From Eledone cirrhosa (taxonomy: Eukaryota), in the NCBI GenBank assembly GCA_964016885.1, contig OZ024750.1, positions 33,480,001 through 33,544,000 on the forward strand: a stretch of DNA of 64,000 bases, in the 5' to 3' direction. The notes below the pieces were generated by a model. That model searched no databases and was not told where the DNA came from. It saw nothing but the letters and a program-made list of their open reading frames with translations. This document shows, piece after piece, positions 12,029 to 26,225 of the stretch (positions within the stretch are counted from its first letter, which is position 1; the number at the start of each line of letters is the position of its first letter). The translations under genes were made by a program, and so were the position numbers.

Positions 12029-13804
12029 CTCAAGAGTATCCTGGGGATTTGAGCAAGACCCCATCCTTCCTTTATTCTGCTATATGATTACTTGTTAATT
12101 TCACAAACATTTCGATCTTTTCAGTAAATCTATGATACGTGATTTTCACTTGTAGACATTGTTTTCATCATTAATGCATGAATTGATGAAGTTTATCAAA
12201 ATAATCAATTTAATTTGAATATGCAACAGAGATTTTTAAAGATATTTTTTTTTTATATTTTCTTTGTATTTTCTATAATCATGACAAGATGTGGCCACTG
12301 CATGAAAGAGATTTTCTCTTGCTAAACTTCTACCAAATGAAAAGTCTTAAATATTTAATATCTGGAAGTTGAAAGACTAATCTCATTCCCCATTACACAA
12401 TACATGTTTGAAGTAATGTGTTCAGTTGCAGATTAACTGAAAATAAAGAATACAGATTTTTTTCACTTTAGATAAAAGACAAAAGATCGCTACATTTTCG
12501 AATCATGAATAAATATATTACATCAACTTCCAAACAACAATAGAATGACGTGTGGAAAGGTTTTTAACAAAATTTTATCCTTAATGTGTTTTAAAGAAAC
12601 AATCTTTGTTTCAAGTTCTGTTGAATCGCTAACCTTTAGATGCAAGATAAAAAAAATGGAATGCAAATCATTTTTATGAGATTTATCATTTTTGCTAAAT
12701 ATTAAAATACAGTTCTTATATTAGGATGTAGTAAGAAACAGTTAAAGCAATTTAAAGTGATATAATAACGAGGACAGTTGTAAAACTATAGCTACAAATA
12801 ACGTTTATGAGTTCAGGGCTATAAAAACACAATCGGTAACTTAAAATATGGATGCCTAAATAAAAAGAAGCATTCGTATGATAACAATGAATGCAGCATT
12901 CTATTTTGATTAATCAATTTAAATTGGTAATTCAAATAAATGGAACTATGCTGAAAGAGAATGTAGGTAGGTGGAAACCATCTTTCGTTATAGAAAATGG
13001 TTAAACATAAAAGTCTGTTCAACATCATACATCAGTATTTAGAAAACTTACATTGAATTTCACGGAGCTATTGTGGATTGAGACAAATATTTGGGTAATG
13101 ATATTGAATATTCATGAGATAGGTTAGCTTGAGCAGAGATCAATATTTTTATATCGAATAATTCAAATATTTACAATGTAAACTATAACTAAAATTATAT
13201 ATAATAGTTTAGATAATCTATAAAGAAAATAATTTAAAGATATGTGTACTGAAATATATATCTACTTGTAATAAGTATTATGTTTACACATATTTCGCTT
13301 AAAATTTGTATAAGACAAACATGTCTTTTTTTTTATTGAATATTTCGAATAAAATTGAAATTGTAAATAATTTATTTAAAATATAAATTATCTGAAAGAC
13401 AATATATATTTGGTTCACATTTTCTATCTGAAATCTTACAGCAATTTAACTGAGAAGCTCTCATTCATGACCCCTAACTTTTTAAACAATATTTCAAGCA
13501 TGGTATTAATGTCCTTTGTGATAACACCCTAAAAAACAAAACATAACAGGAGCAATTAACCTAAAATAAATATCATGGTAGTTTAAACTATTCCAATCAC
13601 CCGAATCGCCTTGAACATTTTCAATTGATGCAAAGCAATGCTTTATTTCCTCCATTTTGTACAATATAGAAATGAAAATACTAACCGAAAAATGTTAGTA
13701 TAGAGTTCACCACTCACCCATGTTTAGATTATAATTTAACCCTAACTCTATTCCTAACTCCACCTTAAATCATTATTGTGTTCTTCAAACAGACCTGCGT
13801 TGTT

Positions 13805-14255
13805 GAACACCATCCCCACAAACGCATTCATCAAAATACCATTCCCACAATGACCTAGATGATCAAAACACCATTCTCACAAAGACACGGATCACATCAT
13901 TCCCACAAACCCACAGATCAACATAACATTCCCACAAACACACAGATCAAAGCATCATTCCCACAAACACAGAGATCACAACATCATTCCCACAAACACA
14001 CATATCAAAGCATCATTCCCACAAACACGCATATCAAAACACCATTCCCACAAACACACAGATCAAAGCACCATTCCCACAAATACAGATCAAAACACCG
14101 TTCCCACAAACACAGATCATAACATCATTCCCACAAAGATAGATCAAAGCATTATTCCCACAAACAAGCTGATCAAAGCACCATTCCCACAAACAAGCTG
14201 ATCAAAGCACCATTCCCACAAACAAGCTGATCAAAGCACCATTCCCACAAATACA
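13805..14255. repeat. ~27-29-bp minisatellite (cattcccacaaacacacagatcaaagcac)
   Basis: About 15 diverged tandem units. Confidence 0.9.
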
Positions 14256-14439
14256 CACAGGGGAACATAATTCTTGAGCTTATGAACAATATGTTTCAAA
14301 CTAACCTTGCATGTAATTTTATTGTCAATAACTCACTGTTTGTGTAATGGAGTTGTCTTCCTATTTAATACATTTCGCTCTGAGTAACAAGTGATGAAAT
14401 TGTTGTTTGTTGTCTTTGTGTGGGTCCTCATTAGGTGAA

Positions 14440-14821
14440 AAGTATATAATGTATTGTATCCCATACAGCCAATGTAATGTGTCTTATGTATATAATGTAA
14501 TGTATATATAATGTAAATCATGTATAATGTATCTAATGTAATGTATTTATAATGTATTGAATCTCATATACCCAATGTAACGTGCCTTATGTATATAATG
14601 TAATGTATATATTGTATCTTATATAACTAATATAATGTATTTATAATGTATGTAATGTATATTATGTACCAACTGTAATGTGTCTTATGTATCTAATGTA
14701 ATGTATGTAATGTCTTATGTATATAATGTCTTATGTATATAATATGATATATATATATATAATGTCTTATGTATATAATATTAAGACATTATATATATAT
14801 ATCATATTATATACATAATAC

Positions 14822-14872
<51 letters not shown>

Positions 14873-14950
14873 TATTATATACATAAGACATTATATATAT
14901 ATATATATATATATATAATGTCTTATGTATATAATGTATTTAATGAAATG
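14440..14950. repeat. Degenerate (tataatgtaatg)-type tandem repeat with local inversions around (TA)n
   Basis: aatgtcttatgtatataat occurs in both orientations at 14710-14940. Confidence 0.75.
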
Positions 14951-15259
14951 TACTTTATCTAATCTAAAGTATGACGAATAAGGAGACAACAGAAATAGCA
15001 GTTAATACAACCATAATTCTTCATGTAATCTAATTGATCATATATACAATCTTATAACTCATAATATAGCTAAATAATTCTTTTAATTCTGGAATCATAT
15101 TCCACCATTCCTACAAACTGTTAATTTTTTTTAATTAACGTAAATACAAGCTCTTCTTTCTCTTTCTTCTTCCTATACATATATATATCCTAATAATTAT
15201 TTAAATCTACATAGCGTCTAAAAATAACGTTTTTTTCAGCCCTATACCTCAACCTCATT

Positions 15260-15368
<109 letters not shown>

Positions 15369-16049
15369 TAAATACTCTTAAAACGAGGGGCTGAGTAGAG
15401 TTGGAACGCCGTTGACCGTAACTGTGCTCAATAATCATAGTTGAACAAAGCAACAACAAATCCATTTCTATACAAAAAACACTTCATTCCAATGTAGTAA
15501 AGTCAATATTTCTATTGTCTTCATGAAGTTATAACTTGTTATCCCAGAACATTGGGTGATACGCAGTTATTTTTAGACAAAAACATATTGTGTTCTAAAT
15601 GATAAACGTCTCCTTTGATTTCTAACCGTAAACAACCTTCTGTAGTTATCGTCCTTTAAGCAATATTGATTTTCTTGCATTTTCGACAATACATTTATAT
15701 TCAGAGGTTACTTCTTAGAGATTTGTTTTTTAGTTGTTTAAATATTTCATTCACAACACCTGTACAATTACAAAGGTTGAACTGTAGTAACCAAATGAGA
15801 TTTAGCTCGTTTATGGAAAATTAAAGAACCTCTAAACACGTCTATTGTAAACTGAAATAACGTAGCCTACAGCAATTATCCTACAATTGCTTTTAGTAGA
15901 TTATACGATTATATCCCTGGACCCATTTTAAATAACTGGCACACCTATATACGTGTGTCTTTAACGAAGCTAAATGTGGTTTCTGTTAACCCATTTTCAA
16001 TGCTAATCCCTGATTGAAAGACGTCTTAACAACGATGTTATTTCCACAA

Positions 16050-16330
16050 ATAGGCGGCGAATTGGCAAAGCTGTTAGGAGGTTGGATAGAATGCTTTACG
16101 GTATTACTCCCCCCGCATTGCGCGCTCTGAGTTCAAATCCCACTGTGGCCAACTTTGCCTTTCATCCTTTCGAGGTCGATAAAAAAGTACCAATCCAGTA
16201 CTGGGGGTTGATTCTTCCTCTATAGAAAAAACCGGTTGTGTTCTGGAGAGGGTTGGGACCCGCCAGGTTTAAAAGTGCCTTTACGACTCCACAAGGAGCT
16301 ATAGGATCTATATCCTTATCCTATCCTATT
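16050..16330 (+). mobile_element. tRNA-derived SINE with alternative 3' tail
   Basis: ggcggcgaattggc...gagttcaaatcc...ctttgcctttcatcc; related tails at ~9690-9920 and ~51620-51885 (minus). Confidence 0.7.
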
Positions 16331-17334
16331 CCCACAAATTCCTAAACATACATAGACGAAGCTGTACATTATTACTAGACAATATTCATTCCCGTACTTA
16401 TTTATCCCTTTACGTTCTTGTTTTAAATCTTATTCATATTTAAATTGCCCTTTATCACCCCGGGGTCAATAAAATTAAATACTGGGTCAAGTACTGAAGT
16501 CAATTTGGTAGATTCTGATCACTCCAAACATTTATAATTTTATGAAAATATTAAAGCATCATTCTCTCACAAAATCATATAATTTGTTGTTTATATAGCT
16601 TCTCGCATGAACTAATGTAATACGAAACAACTCAACATAAACATTTTTATAGGATTTATTATAAGGAATCTAAATACTCCAATTTCTGATGTGTTATTTC
16701 ACAATTCTCAGATTTTAACTCAATCTTATTCTTAAATCATAGATTAGCACTCGATTAAATCCGCTTAGGGTGCTACTGTGAGAGACTATTTCCTTACCGT
16801 GACTGGAATTCGTGATATAAAGTGACAAAACTAAATATTGTACGTCTTGACAGATTTTGTCACACACACACACCACAACCACCACCACCACACCACCACA
16901 CCCCGCTCTCACTGGCTCGAAGTCGTGTGACCTAAGAAGGCTGTGAATTAGCATTATTGTTAGAGTCTCAGATAAGATATGTTGTAGTATAATAAAATAT
17001 TTCATCATTTTTACGTTCTACGTTCAAACCCACAAGAAGTCGACTGAATCCTTCCTCGTTCTAAAATACCAGTTAACTACGTGGGTTGAGGTACTCTACT
17101 ATACCTTTCACATTTAATGTGTGTATATGTGCCGAATCCAGAAAGTTAGATACCCAAGGAGGCTAGTATTGTTATATTTTAATGAGTTTGCAGAAATGAT
17201 AGAAGATCGAATGCAATCATCTATTTAATTTCATATCGTTCAGTACTAAATTGAAAGCCAACCATATTGGGGGGGGGGGGGGGGTATGACGTTGGTGATC
17301 TGCGGCGAAGCGTAAGACCTGGTGTAGTGTCAGT

Positions 17335-17600
17335 GTGTGTGTTGGATGTGTGTGTGTTGAGAGAGAGAGATTGTGTGTGTGTGCGTGTGTTGAGTGTGTA
17401 TGTGTGTTGGATGTGTGTATGTGTGTTGAGAGAGAGAGAAATTGTGTGTGTGTATTTGTGTTGAGAGAGAGAGATTGTGTATGTGTGTTGAGTGTGTATG
17501 TGTGTTGGATGTGTGTATGTGTGTTGAGAGAGGGAGAGAGATTGTGTGTGTGTATGTGTGTTGAGAGAGAGTGTGTGTGTGTGTATCTGTGTGTATTTGC
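17335..17600. repeat. Compound (GT)n/(GA)n minisatellite
   Basis: Repeated gtgtgttgagagagagattgtgtgt.. blocks. Confidence 0.9.
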
Positions 17601-18283
17601 GCGCGCCTCCGACTCCGTCAAACCACCATCAGCTTAGTCTTCTGCTGGCTCTGTAGCTCCAGCACAGTGTTATGGGCCAGAAAGTCAGTTGGCCAATTCA
17701 CATTCGTATCAAGTGACCTAGCCATTATACATGTTAGTGACCTATAAACCGATAAATATGACACTAACTTTTTGTCTGATTCACCAGATGTGTTCTGAAT
17801 TTATCCTCCACTCGCTAATCTACAATATAAACACTGTTAAACACTATCCACGGACATAAGGTATGTATTCGTTTCTCGATATTTTGTTCACAACATGAGG
17901 TAATTATTCTTAACACATTTGATGATATGTCCTCATAGAAATTCTTAGTCATTTTAAAGGAAATCAAGAAAGACTTATTTGACAACAGGAAGTAACTGAC
18001 ATATTTCGGACATTACTATCAATTGGTCAAACATAAAGAAAACGAAAGCAGCATTGGAAAGGACATATTAAATATTATAGTTTTAGTAAACTACGTATAA
18101 CTAAGTTCCTCCGATTTCTGAATAAAAACAAAAGAATAACAGAAATAATAGCTCACATCTATCAGTCATAATCGACTACAGCTTAATTCACTTAGGCAAA
18201 TCAGATTTACCTGTTTGGTGAAGTCCTCGATAGTACTGACGATATATACAGTTCTACATATATATAGAAGTTAGTGGTGTATA

Positions 18284-18655
18284 AGGTATCTGATGAAATG
18301 TCCCAAAGAGGACTGAACAGGGTAAGACTTCTCCTATTTTCCTGTCCGCCAAGACTATATAAACACTTGAGTACATTTATTTCTCTAGTTTATTCCATCA
18401 CACACGCAGTGTTCATTGCGACGTATTCTACTACGATATCTACATGGCTGACGGAATATGGCGCACGTGTGCTTATTTTTCTCATTTTTTTTTTTTTTTC
18501 CGTTGCTTCCTCTTCTCACTCTATATATTTCTATTTCATCTTTATTTCTCATTCTATCATCTGATGAAGGACTACTGTCCGAAACGTTAAGATTCCTTTC
18601 TTACTATTTGAAGCGTTAAACTAATATATTTCTTCATCGAACTGTACCCTTGCTT
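18284..18655 (+). mobile_element. Family F element with two tandem hammerhead motifs (cores at 18290 and 18561), ending at (TA)n
   Basis: CTGATGA-aat-GTCC caaaga GGAC-t-GAAC (degenerate) and CTGATGA-a-GGAC tact GTCC-GAAA-CGTTA. Confidence 0.65.
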
Positions 18656-18704
18656 TGTTATATATATATATATATATATAAAATTATATTTATATTTATA
18701 TGTA

Positions 18705-18756
<52 letters not shown>

Positions 18757-18758
18757 TA

Positions 18759-18860
<102 letters not shown>

Positions 18861-20504
18861 TTTTAGTATCGTGAGAGAGTAGAGGTTTAAAGGGATAAGC
18901 GATACATATAGTTCGTTGCCAAAAACTGGTGCATTTGTGCTCAATACTAGTGCCTATAGGTTTAAATATCGGAAGCGTTGATATTTAGTGGGCGCGAATA
19001 TACAGTTTTCCGCCGGTATTCGCGGCGGTTACGATCCTTGAACATCCGCTAAGAGTGAAAAACTGCGAATATTGGACGTGGTCCATAAAAATACCTTTAA
19101 ACATCAAAATATAACGTAAAGTATAATTTAAAAAATAGGCAGCGTCTTATGCAAAGAGGCGCCCAATAGACCGGAAAATACGGTATATCATATTAATAAT
19201 TTAGTGTTAAAAAGCCATTAAAAATCGGGGAAGATATATACGATTTCGCGATTATGTGTTGATTTCCACGAACAATTATTAGGTATGTTCTAAGGGAAAT
19301 TCCGCGAATGCCGGAATAGTTCATTTTAAATATACTGATGACTTTTATAAATAAGCCAAATAGATATAAATGATAATTACATTTCAGCAATCTCTTTGTT
19401 ATTCCCATTTTGTTGCTAAATAAGCAACAGAAAATACAATCTAACTGAATCAGAGATTCATTTGCGGCAGTAATAAATTAATTAAAAGTCGAGAGTTCGG
19501 TTTAATTCGAGTGAAAAGCTTTATAAAGTTAGCGTTCAATTTCAATGAAGATTTCTTTACATCGAAAAATTTGTGCTTTTCATTAGAAATTCTAATGAAT
19601 ATTTCCGAATTTTTCTTTTTGTTTCGTATAACTTTCTCAATTATTATTTTTTGTTAAAGAAGACAGAAAATAAATTGATTTAATTATAATGAGATAGAAG
19701 AAAATGTCTACCAACTGGTTTTCCCGCGAGGAAAATCATATCTGGTAAACAATGTATCTGTAGATTTGTGTCGTATATATGTATATAAATGAATAGAAAC
19801 AAAAATGTATTTGAGTCTGTATCTATTATGTTCTTGTTATAAGTTTCATATAAACATCTTTTTCATCACCAGTAGCAGAGTTACTTTTTTTTCTATTTGT
19901 ATTGAGTATGTGTTGTTGTTGTTTTTCAGTGCAATAATAGAATACATATTTAATTTAAACCGTTCAGTGCCATACATATCGATCAAATAACGCCCACTTT
20001 ATTCTATAGTTTCATTAACTGGTTTTATCATGTTTGAAAGGAAGAGGTTGCTAGCCTCTAGCTTAACCCTTACCTATTTCTGCGAGGGTCTAGTGTGGAC
20101 GGTACCTCTCCACCCTCACACAGCACAGTATACTAACAATTGTATGTTTGATATGAAGAGGTCCCTAGCCTCTACTTTAAACCTCTTTTTTTTTCATGAT
20201 AGGACTGGGGTCCTTATCATTAAAACACCCAAGACACCTCCTATGAGGTACTATCTTGTAGGATCCCGGCTAAACCTACACAGGTGTGAGTTATAACAAC
20301 AAACAACAGCAAACATATAGTCAATACTGAGAGAGAGTAAAACGGATCACAGTACGTGACCTGTTATTTAACAACCACGGAGTGGTGAAAGACAAAATTG
20401 ACCTCAACAACAGTTGAACTTAAATAGCTGCGACATTCACCGCTAGACATTTGACCGAGCTTTTCACGATTCCGACATTCAATCGTCTTAAAATCTGGCA
20501 TTTC

Positions 20505-20750
20505 GTCGGTTACGACGATGAGTGTTCCGGCTGATACGATCAACGGAACAGCTAGCTCGTGAAATTAAGGTGCAAGGGGCTGAGGTTTCCACAGACACCT
20601 GTACCTTTAATGTAGTTCTCAGGAAGATTCAAGATGACACAGAATGTAACAATGTTGGCCCTTCGAATTACAGGTACACCTCATTTTTTGCCAGTTGAGT
20701 GAACTGGAGCAACGTGAAATAAAGTGTCTTGCTCAAGGACATAACGCGAT
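20505..20750 (-). mobile_element. CORE-like SINE
   Basis: Reverse complement of gtccttgagcaagacactttatttcacgttgctccagttcactc; fragment also at ~918-960. Confidence 0.7.
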
Positions 20751-20854
20751 TACTGAGTGTTGTATTTTATACAAGTTCAACTGTAGATACACGTATTGTC
20801 TTATTGAGATCGAACTAAATTAGAATATCAAAGTCTTATTATTCAGCCTTATTT

Positions 20855-21190
20855 GATGTTAGCTTTGCCTTTCATCATTACGGGGTCGATAAATAAAGTA
20901 CCAGTAACGTACTGGGTTCGATTTAATTGATGTTCACCGCCAAACTTGTTGGTATTGTACCTAAATCAGAAACCATTATTAATAGGTTGATAAAATAAAG
21001 TACCAGTACCACACTGGGGTCGATTTAATCGACTTTTCCCTCTCCCAGAATTGATGGCCTTGCGCCTAAATCAGAAACCATTATTATTAGGTCGGTAAAA
21101 TAAAGTACCAGTAATGCATTGAGTTCGATTCAATCGATGTTCTCTCTCCCCAAATTGTTGACCTTGTGTCTAAATCAGAAACCAACATTG
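20855..21190 (+). mobile_element. Three tandem 3' halves of the main SINE
   Basis: taaagtaccagta...cctaaatcagaaacca repeated three times. Confidence 0.75.
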
Positions 21191-21677
21191 TTATATTTAT
21201 AAAGCCTAATACTTTAGAATAAATATTTATTCATTTCAACAGTATAAAATATGGTTTCAGAAATCCAAGAATGCGAATGCTTTGTTTTGCTTTTTCTGAA
21301 TGAAGCCATATCAAAACTGAAACAAAATCAGTTATTAAAATCTCAATACATGTATTTGTATATTTGTGCTTGTTGCTGTTTATGTGTAAATACTTTTACC
21401 GGTCTAGATGTGGCATTGTGTTTCCTTGAAATCAGAGCCAAATGAAAGTATTAGAAAATTTGTTGGGTTTTTTTCTATTAAAATATAAACGTTATAAATA
21501 TTCCGCTTCGATTTGACACGATTTGAGATTTCAGATAATTACAAAATGTGATTTGTCTGTACATTTTCGTTTTAATATCGACTTGTTAAATTTGTTTATT
21601 CATGCATTAATTTCAAAAGCAATACCTTAAACATACTTTTTCAGAAATTGTGAACAGAAGTTGTATTTTTTCTGTGA

Positions 21678-21860
21678 AGATGGGTTGCTTAGTGGTTATA
21701 ACCGGAATTCTCAATCATGAGGGTGTGAGTTCGATTCCCAAGCCGTGTCGTGCGCTGTATCCCTCAGCAAGACGCTTTATTCCACATTGCTTCAGTTCAC
21801 TCAGCTGTCGAAATGAGTTGCGACGTCACTGGTGCCAAGCTGTATCAGCCTTTGCTATTC
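21678..21860 (+). mobile_element. CORE-like tRNA-derived SINE
   Basis: Box A (tagtggtta), box B (gagttcgattcc), then agcaagacgctttattccacattgc. Confidence 0.7.
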
Positions 21861-21873
21861 CCTAGCACAACAC

Positions 21874-21918
<45 letters not shown>

Positions 21919-22434
21919 TTGTAGGACTAAATACTGGACCATGTAGTGTTGTAGGACTAAATACTGGTCCAGGACATCAGATGTAAGTATTAAGTCTATG
22001 AGATAGGTTTATTGTATTCGTTGAAGCTGACAACATAGTTGACCTGTGGACATGTTTTATGAAAGATAAATCTATAATACAGAATGGAAGCCATATTTGT
22101 AGGTGGGAGTTGCATTATATGCAGATGTCATAAACAAGAACTTAAATCACTGCAGTTCTAGTAAATAAGAATAGTATGTGTATACCTTAGAATTAACCCC
22201 GTATATAGTGCATTCAAAACATGAAAGGATTTTTAAAAACTTCTGATAGATGCATTTATAGGTTCAGATAATATCTACAGAATCAAAATGATATAATGTA
22301 GAAAATATTGTTGTCATCGCTGTTGCTGCTACAGACCCATCAGTACTGAGCGAGGAAACCTAAGATTAAAACCAACCCAACCTTGACCATGCCACTTTTA
22401 GTCGTAGTCTAAATATATAATTATAAATATACCA

Positions 22435-22650
22435 AATATTGCTTTCTGATTTAGGCACAAGGCCAACAATTTTGGAGGAAAGGGAAAGTCGATAAAATCG
22501 TCTTCGGTGCATTACTGGTACTTCATTTTTCAACCCCCGTAAGAATGAAAAGTAAATCTAACCTCGGTGAGTTTTGAACTCAGAACGTAAAGGGATGTAA
22601 CTATGTACCGCAAAGCAAGTTGTTCGACGCTCCACCGATTATATTGCCAA
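22435..22650 (-). mobile_element. Main-family SINE
   Basis: Reverse complement of the SINE consensus. Confidence 0.75.
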
Positions 22651-22799
22651 AAATATTATAAACAAATGGTAAATAATTCTTCAGATTTAAAAAAAGACAA
22701 GAGGGAATTTAAAAAATAAAATTTCATATCATTGGAAATGAAATATTCCAAACTATTTACTTCCTCTACTCTTTTTCTGTCTGACATTAACACCTTTTA

Positions 22800-24900
22800 A
22801 CTAATATGTCTCGACTGATACAAATGTTATGATAGAAGTCAACCAAATTTTGTATATGGATGCAAGTAACTTGTGGGAATCATTCAAAGTAAAACCAATA
22901 ACACAATGTTAGAAAAAGATAAAATTATATTAAATGCAGACTTTCAATAACATAGGAATTATTGAGCAAGACAGATGACAATATCACAGATTACAAATGG
23001 ACAAAGAAATTAGGAATAAATATTACGAACACATTCGATTAATACTTAAAAGAAAGCTAAAGACAAAGAATAAAGTAATATTTATCAATATTTTGGATGT
23101 TCCAACGATCGGTTATAACTATGATATGCACAGATGGACACTAGGTTAATTCAGAAGACTAGATATAAAATTAAAACAATAATCACTACATTTAGAATAT
23201 GCCATTCAAAATAGAACATAAAAGAATTACATTTGCAGTAGATAGATATATTCTACAACTATAGAATTACTACAAAATATCTACTGTAGATCTATAAATA
23301 TATATAGTATAGAATAACAGGAAAACTAGTAAGGTGCCAGCCCCACGATGTGGAATGGCGGTTTCAGTGTGTCTCCCTCGCCGTCCTTCGGGTCAATGCA
23401 TTCTCCATCCTGTCGACAGGGACCCAGAGGTGAAGGGCAAGTTAGTTGGCGGTGGAGGATACTCGTTCGGACGTCACTTCTACAGTTAAAGTATATTTAC
23501 AACCGTTAATTCTCACATTTCAACCTGTTTATACATTTCTCTCTTTTATACCTGAATCGGCAGTAACAACTATAAAATATGAAGACGAAAGAATAGTTTC
23601 TGTCAGGAAGGAAGTCAACAAATGTAAAATACAAATTGAGTTAACAGGCATCATGGAGAAACTGAAGAAACAATAGAAATTGTTTTAACCATTTTCATAC
23701 AAAACCGCCCTTGGTTCTACGATATTAAAGTTTAAATCTGTCTCGAGAACAAAAGGCTCATCAGACTGGTGTTTATACCAGTTTATGTCGCGTGAACTTT
23801 ACTGAAGATTGGAGAAGTAGATAAAGAATTTCAGTATTGGTTAAAACGTTCAGGATTGAGTTCAAGCTGAGACGAAAGCCTTTCCTCCAGAAACTATCAA
23901 AATTATACAATGAAACAGATTACATTGGAAATATATAATCTAGCTCGTTCTAATTGCCCTGTCATAGACAGTCAAGTTTTATACAGAAATGGTTTCTACA
24001 GGACTAGTACTGTTCCTTTAAAGGAAATCATCAGGAAAGTCTGTAGAAGCCATTTTTTTATATTAAACTTTGTTTTCACTCTACTAATGTATTGGGTACT
24101 TTACTAACTGTGGTTACCCCCCGATTGAACCCGGGCTCATATATATATGTGTGTGTGTATATATATATATAATATTTATATAATATATATAATATATATA
24201 TGATACATATAATACTTACATAATATATATAATATATATTATATATATATAATGTATATATATATATATATATTAATATATATATATGTATATATAATAT
24301 ATACAGTATATATGTATATATATATATATATATATATAGTAATAATAATAAATTTGAAGACTAAAATCCAAAGAGGGCTCGATAAGGATAAATATATATC
24401 AAATACCGTAGAGCAAATATTTATTAAAATAACAGATTAAAGTTATTTTAATATATATATATATATCATAACAGAGTTAACCCTTTCATTCACCAGACTT
24501 TATTATTAATATGCCAGCAGAAATACCAACAGAAAATGGATGGTATGAACATACAAAAGAAAACCAATATTGCAATGAAGAATTGTCCATACTCTTGCAT
24601 ATACCACCTCATAGACATTGTGAAGGATCACCAAAACACGAAATGTTTCTTGATGGAAGTATGAAAAAGAACAATTTATCTCTAAATGAAATAGAAAAAG
24701 TCTCCGAATATAACATTGAGAATATAGATATTAAAAACACAAAAATAGATGCCTTAAGAATTATTTTGAAAGACACAAACAAATATATAGGGAAAATAGC
24801 AGGTCTTACAAATATATACAACACACAGAAAATACCACAACTGCGCACTGCACATATATTACGTAAAGAAATTTCAATGCAATAAGAAAAGCTTTGCACA
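22800..24900 (+). pseudogene. Highly decayed R4/Dong-type (RLE) non-LTR retrotransposon, interrupted by later insertions
   Basis: ~23020-23130 reads IRLILKRKLKTKNKVIFINIL.VP.IGY.Y; ORF 24511-24885 has WYEH..NE..SIL, EIEKVSEY and QK..QLRTAHILRK, typical of the C-terminus of this clade. Confidence 0.65.
23985..24135. mobile_element. Family G fold-back copy
   Basis: Inverted hammerhead segment 23985-24040 joined to + strand ctgtagaagcc...gattgaacccggg, then TA. Confidence 0.75.
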
Positions 24901-25006
24901 CCCAAGGCACAAAATTCTGTATAATATTCTTACAAAATAAACAAACAATAAAAATAATATTACTTAAATATATGTGTGTATTTATAGAGACAGATAGATA
25001 GATATG

Positions 25007-25138
<132 letters not shown>

Positions 25139-25151
25139 TATATATATATAT

Positions 25152-25748
25152 AAGAGAGTATTGAAGTTTGCTTGAAGCATTGTGGAATAATAAGATATAT
25201 TTTCTTTTGGTCGTTTTGGTAGCCTCAACAATGCAGATGGGTAATTCTCCGGGTAACAAGATCCGGTGGTGAAGAGAGAGATGTAAGTGAATGTAGAATG
25301 AGGTTTATAGTGTGTAGAAGAACGTTGGAAAGAGCGTAACAAATAAAAATAAAAATAAAAATAATAACACGAGATAGGGTTACCTTGGGAGAGATTTAAT
25401 TGTCCTTATATTTCGGATTCACATCCATCAACTGGAGGGGTTCCGGAGCGAGGTCATCTGTTGGAGAGGACACGTATCGCTCCTCTCCGACAGATAACCT
25501 TCTCCCTCCCCCCAGAAAACTCCCCAGTTGATGGATATGAATCCGAAATATAGGGACAATTAAATCTCACCCAAGGTAACTCTATCTCGTGTTATTATTT
25601 TTATTTTTATTTTTTACGCATTTACCTACGTTCTTCTACACACTATACACCTCATTCTACATTCACTTACATCTCTCTCTTCACCACCGGATCTTGTTAC
25701 CCGGAGGATTACCCATCTGCATTGTTGAGGCTTCCAAAACGACCAAAA

Positions 25749-25753
<5 letters not shown>
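25152..25753. mobile_element. Family E palindrome (~275-bp diverged arms, centre ~25474) in (TA)n
   Basis: Arms are reverse complements; left arm has ~45 bp extra 3' terminus; hammerhead-shaped motif 25522-25555. Confidence 0.85.
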
Positions 25754-25786
<33 letters not shown>

Positions 25787-26031
25787 ATAATATATATAGT
25801 AATAATAAATTTGATGACTAAAATCCAAAGAGGGCTCGATAAGGATAAATATATATCAAATATATAAGAACCGCAGAGCAAATATTTATTAAAATAACAG
25901 ATTAAAGTTTAAGCAAAGAATCGCTGCTTTCACCCTTAACGTATATAATGTACTTATATGTATATATGAGAGAGATAGACAGATAGACAGATAAAGAGGT
26001 TATTATTATCATTATTATTACTGTTATTGTA

Positions 26032-26225
26032 AGGGCGGTGGATTGGCAGTATCGGTAGAGGGTCGGGCGCCATGCTTTGAAGCATAGAGTTACCTCCCTT
26101 TATGATCTGAGTTCAAATCCCGCCGAGGTTAACTTTTCCTTTCATCCTTACGGGGTCGATAAAATAAAGTACCAGTAATGTACTGGGATAATTGCTGGCC
26201 TGGTGCCAAAAGTAGAAACAATTAT
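26032..26225 (+). mobile_element. Main-family SINE, full length
   Basis: gggcggtggattggcagtatcggtagag...gagttcaaatcccgccgagg...gtagaaacaattatt. Confidence 0.85.

Noticed and set aside
19000-19320. Possible Tc1/pogo-type MITE fragments (tacagt.., ccggaaaatacggta)
   Set aside because: Termini do not pair into a single clear element.
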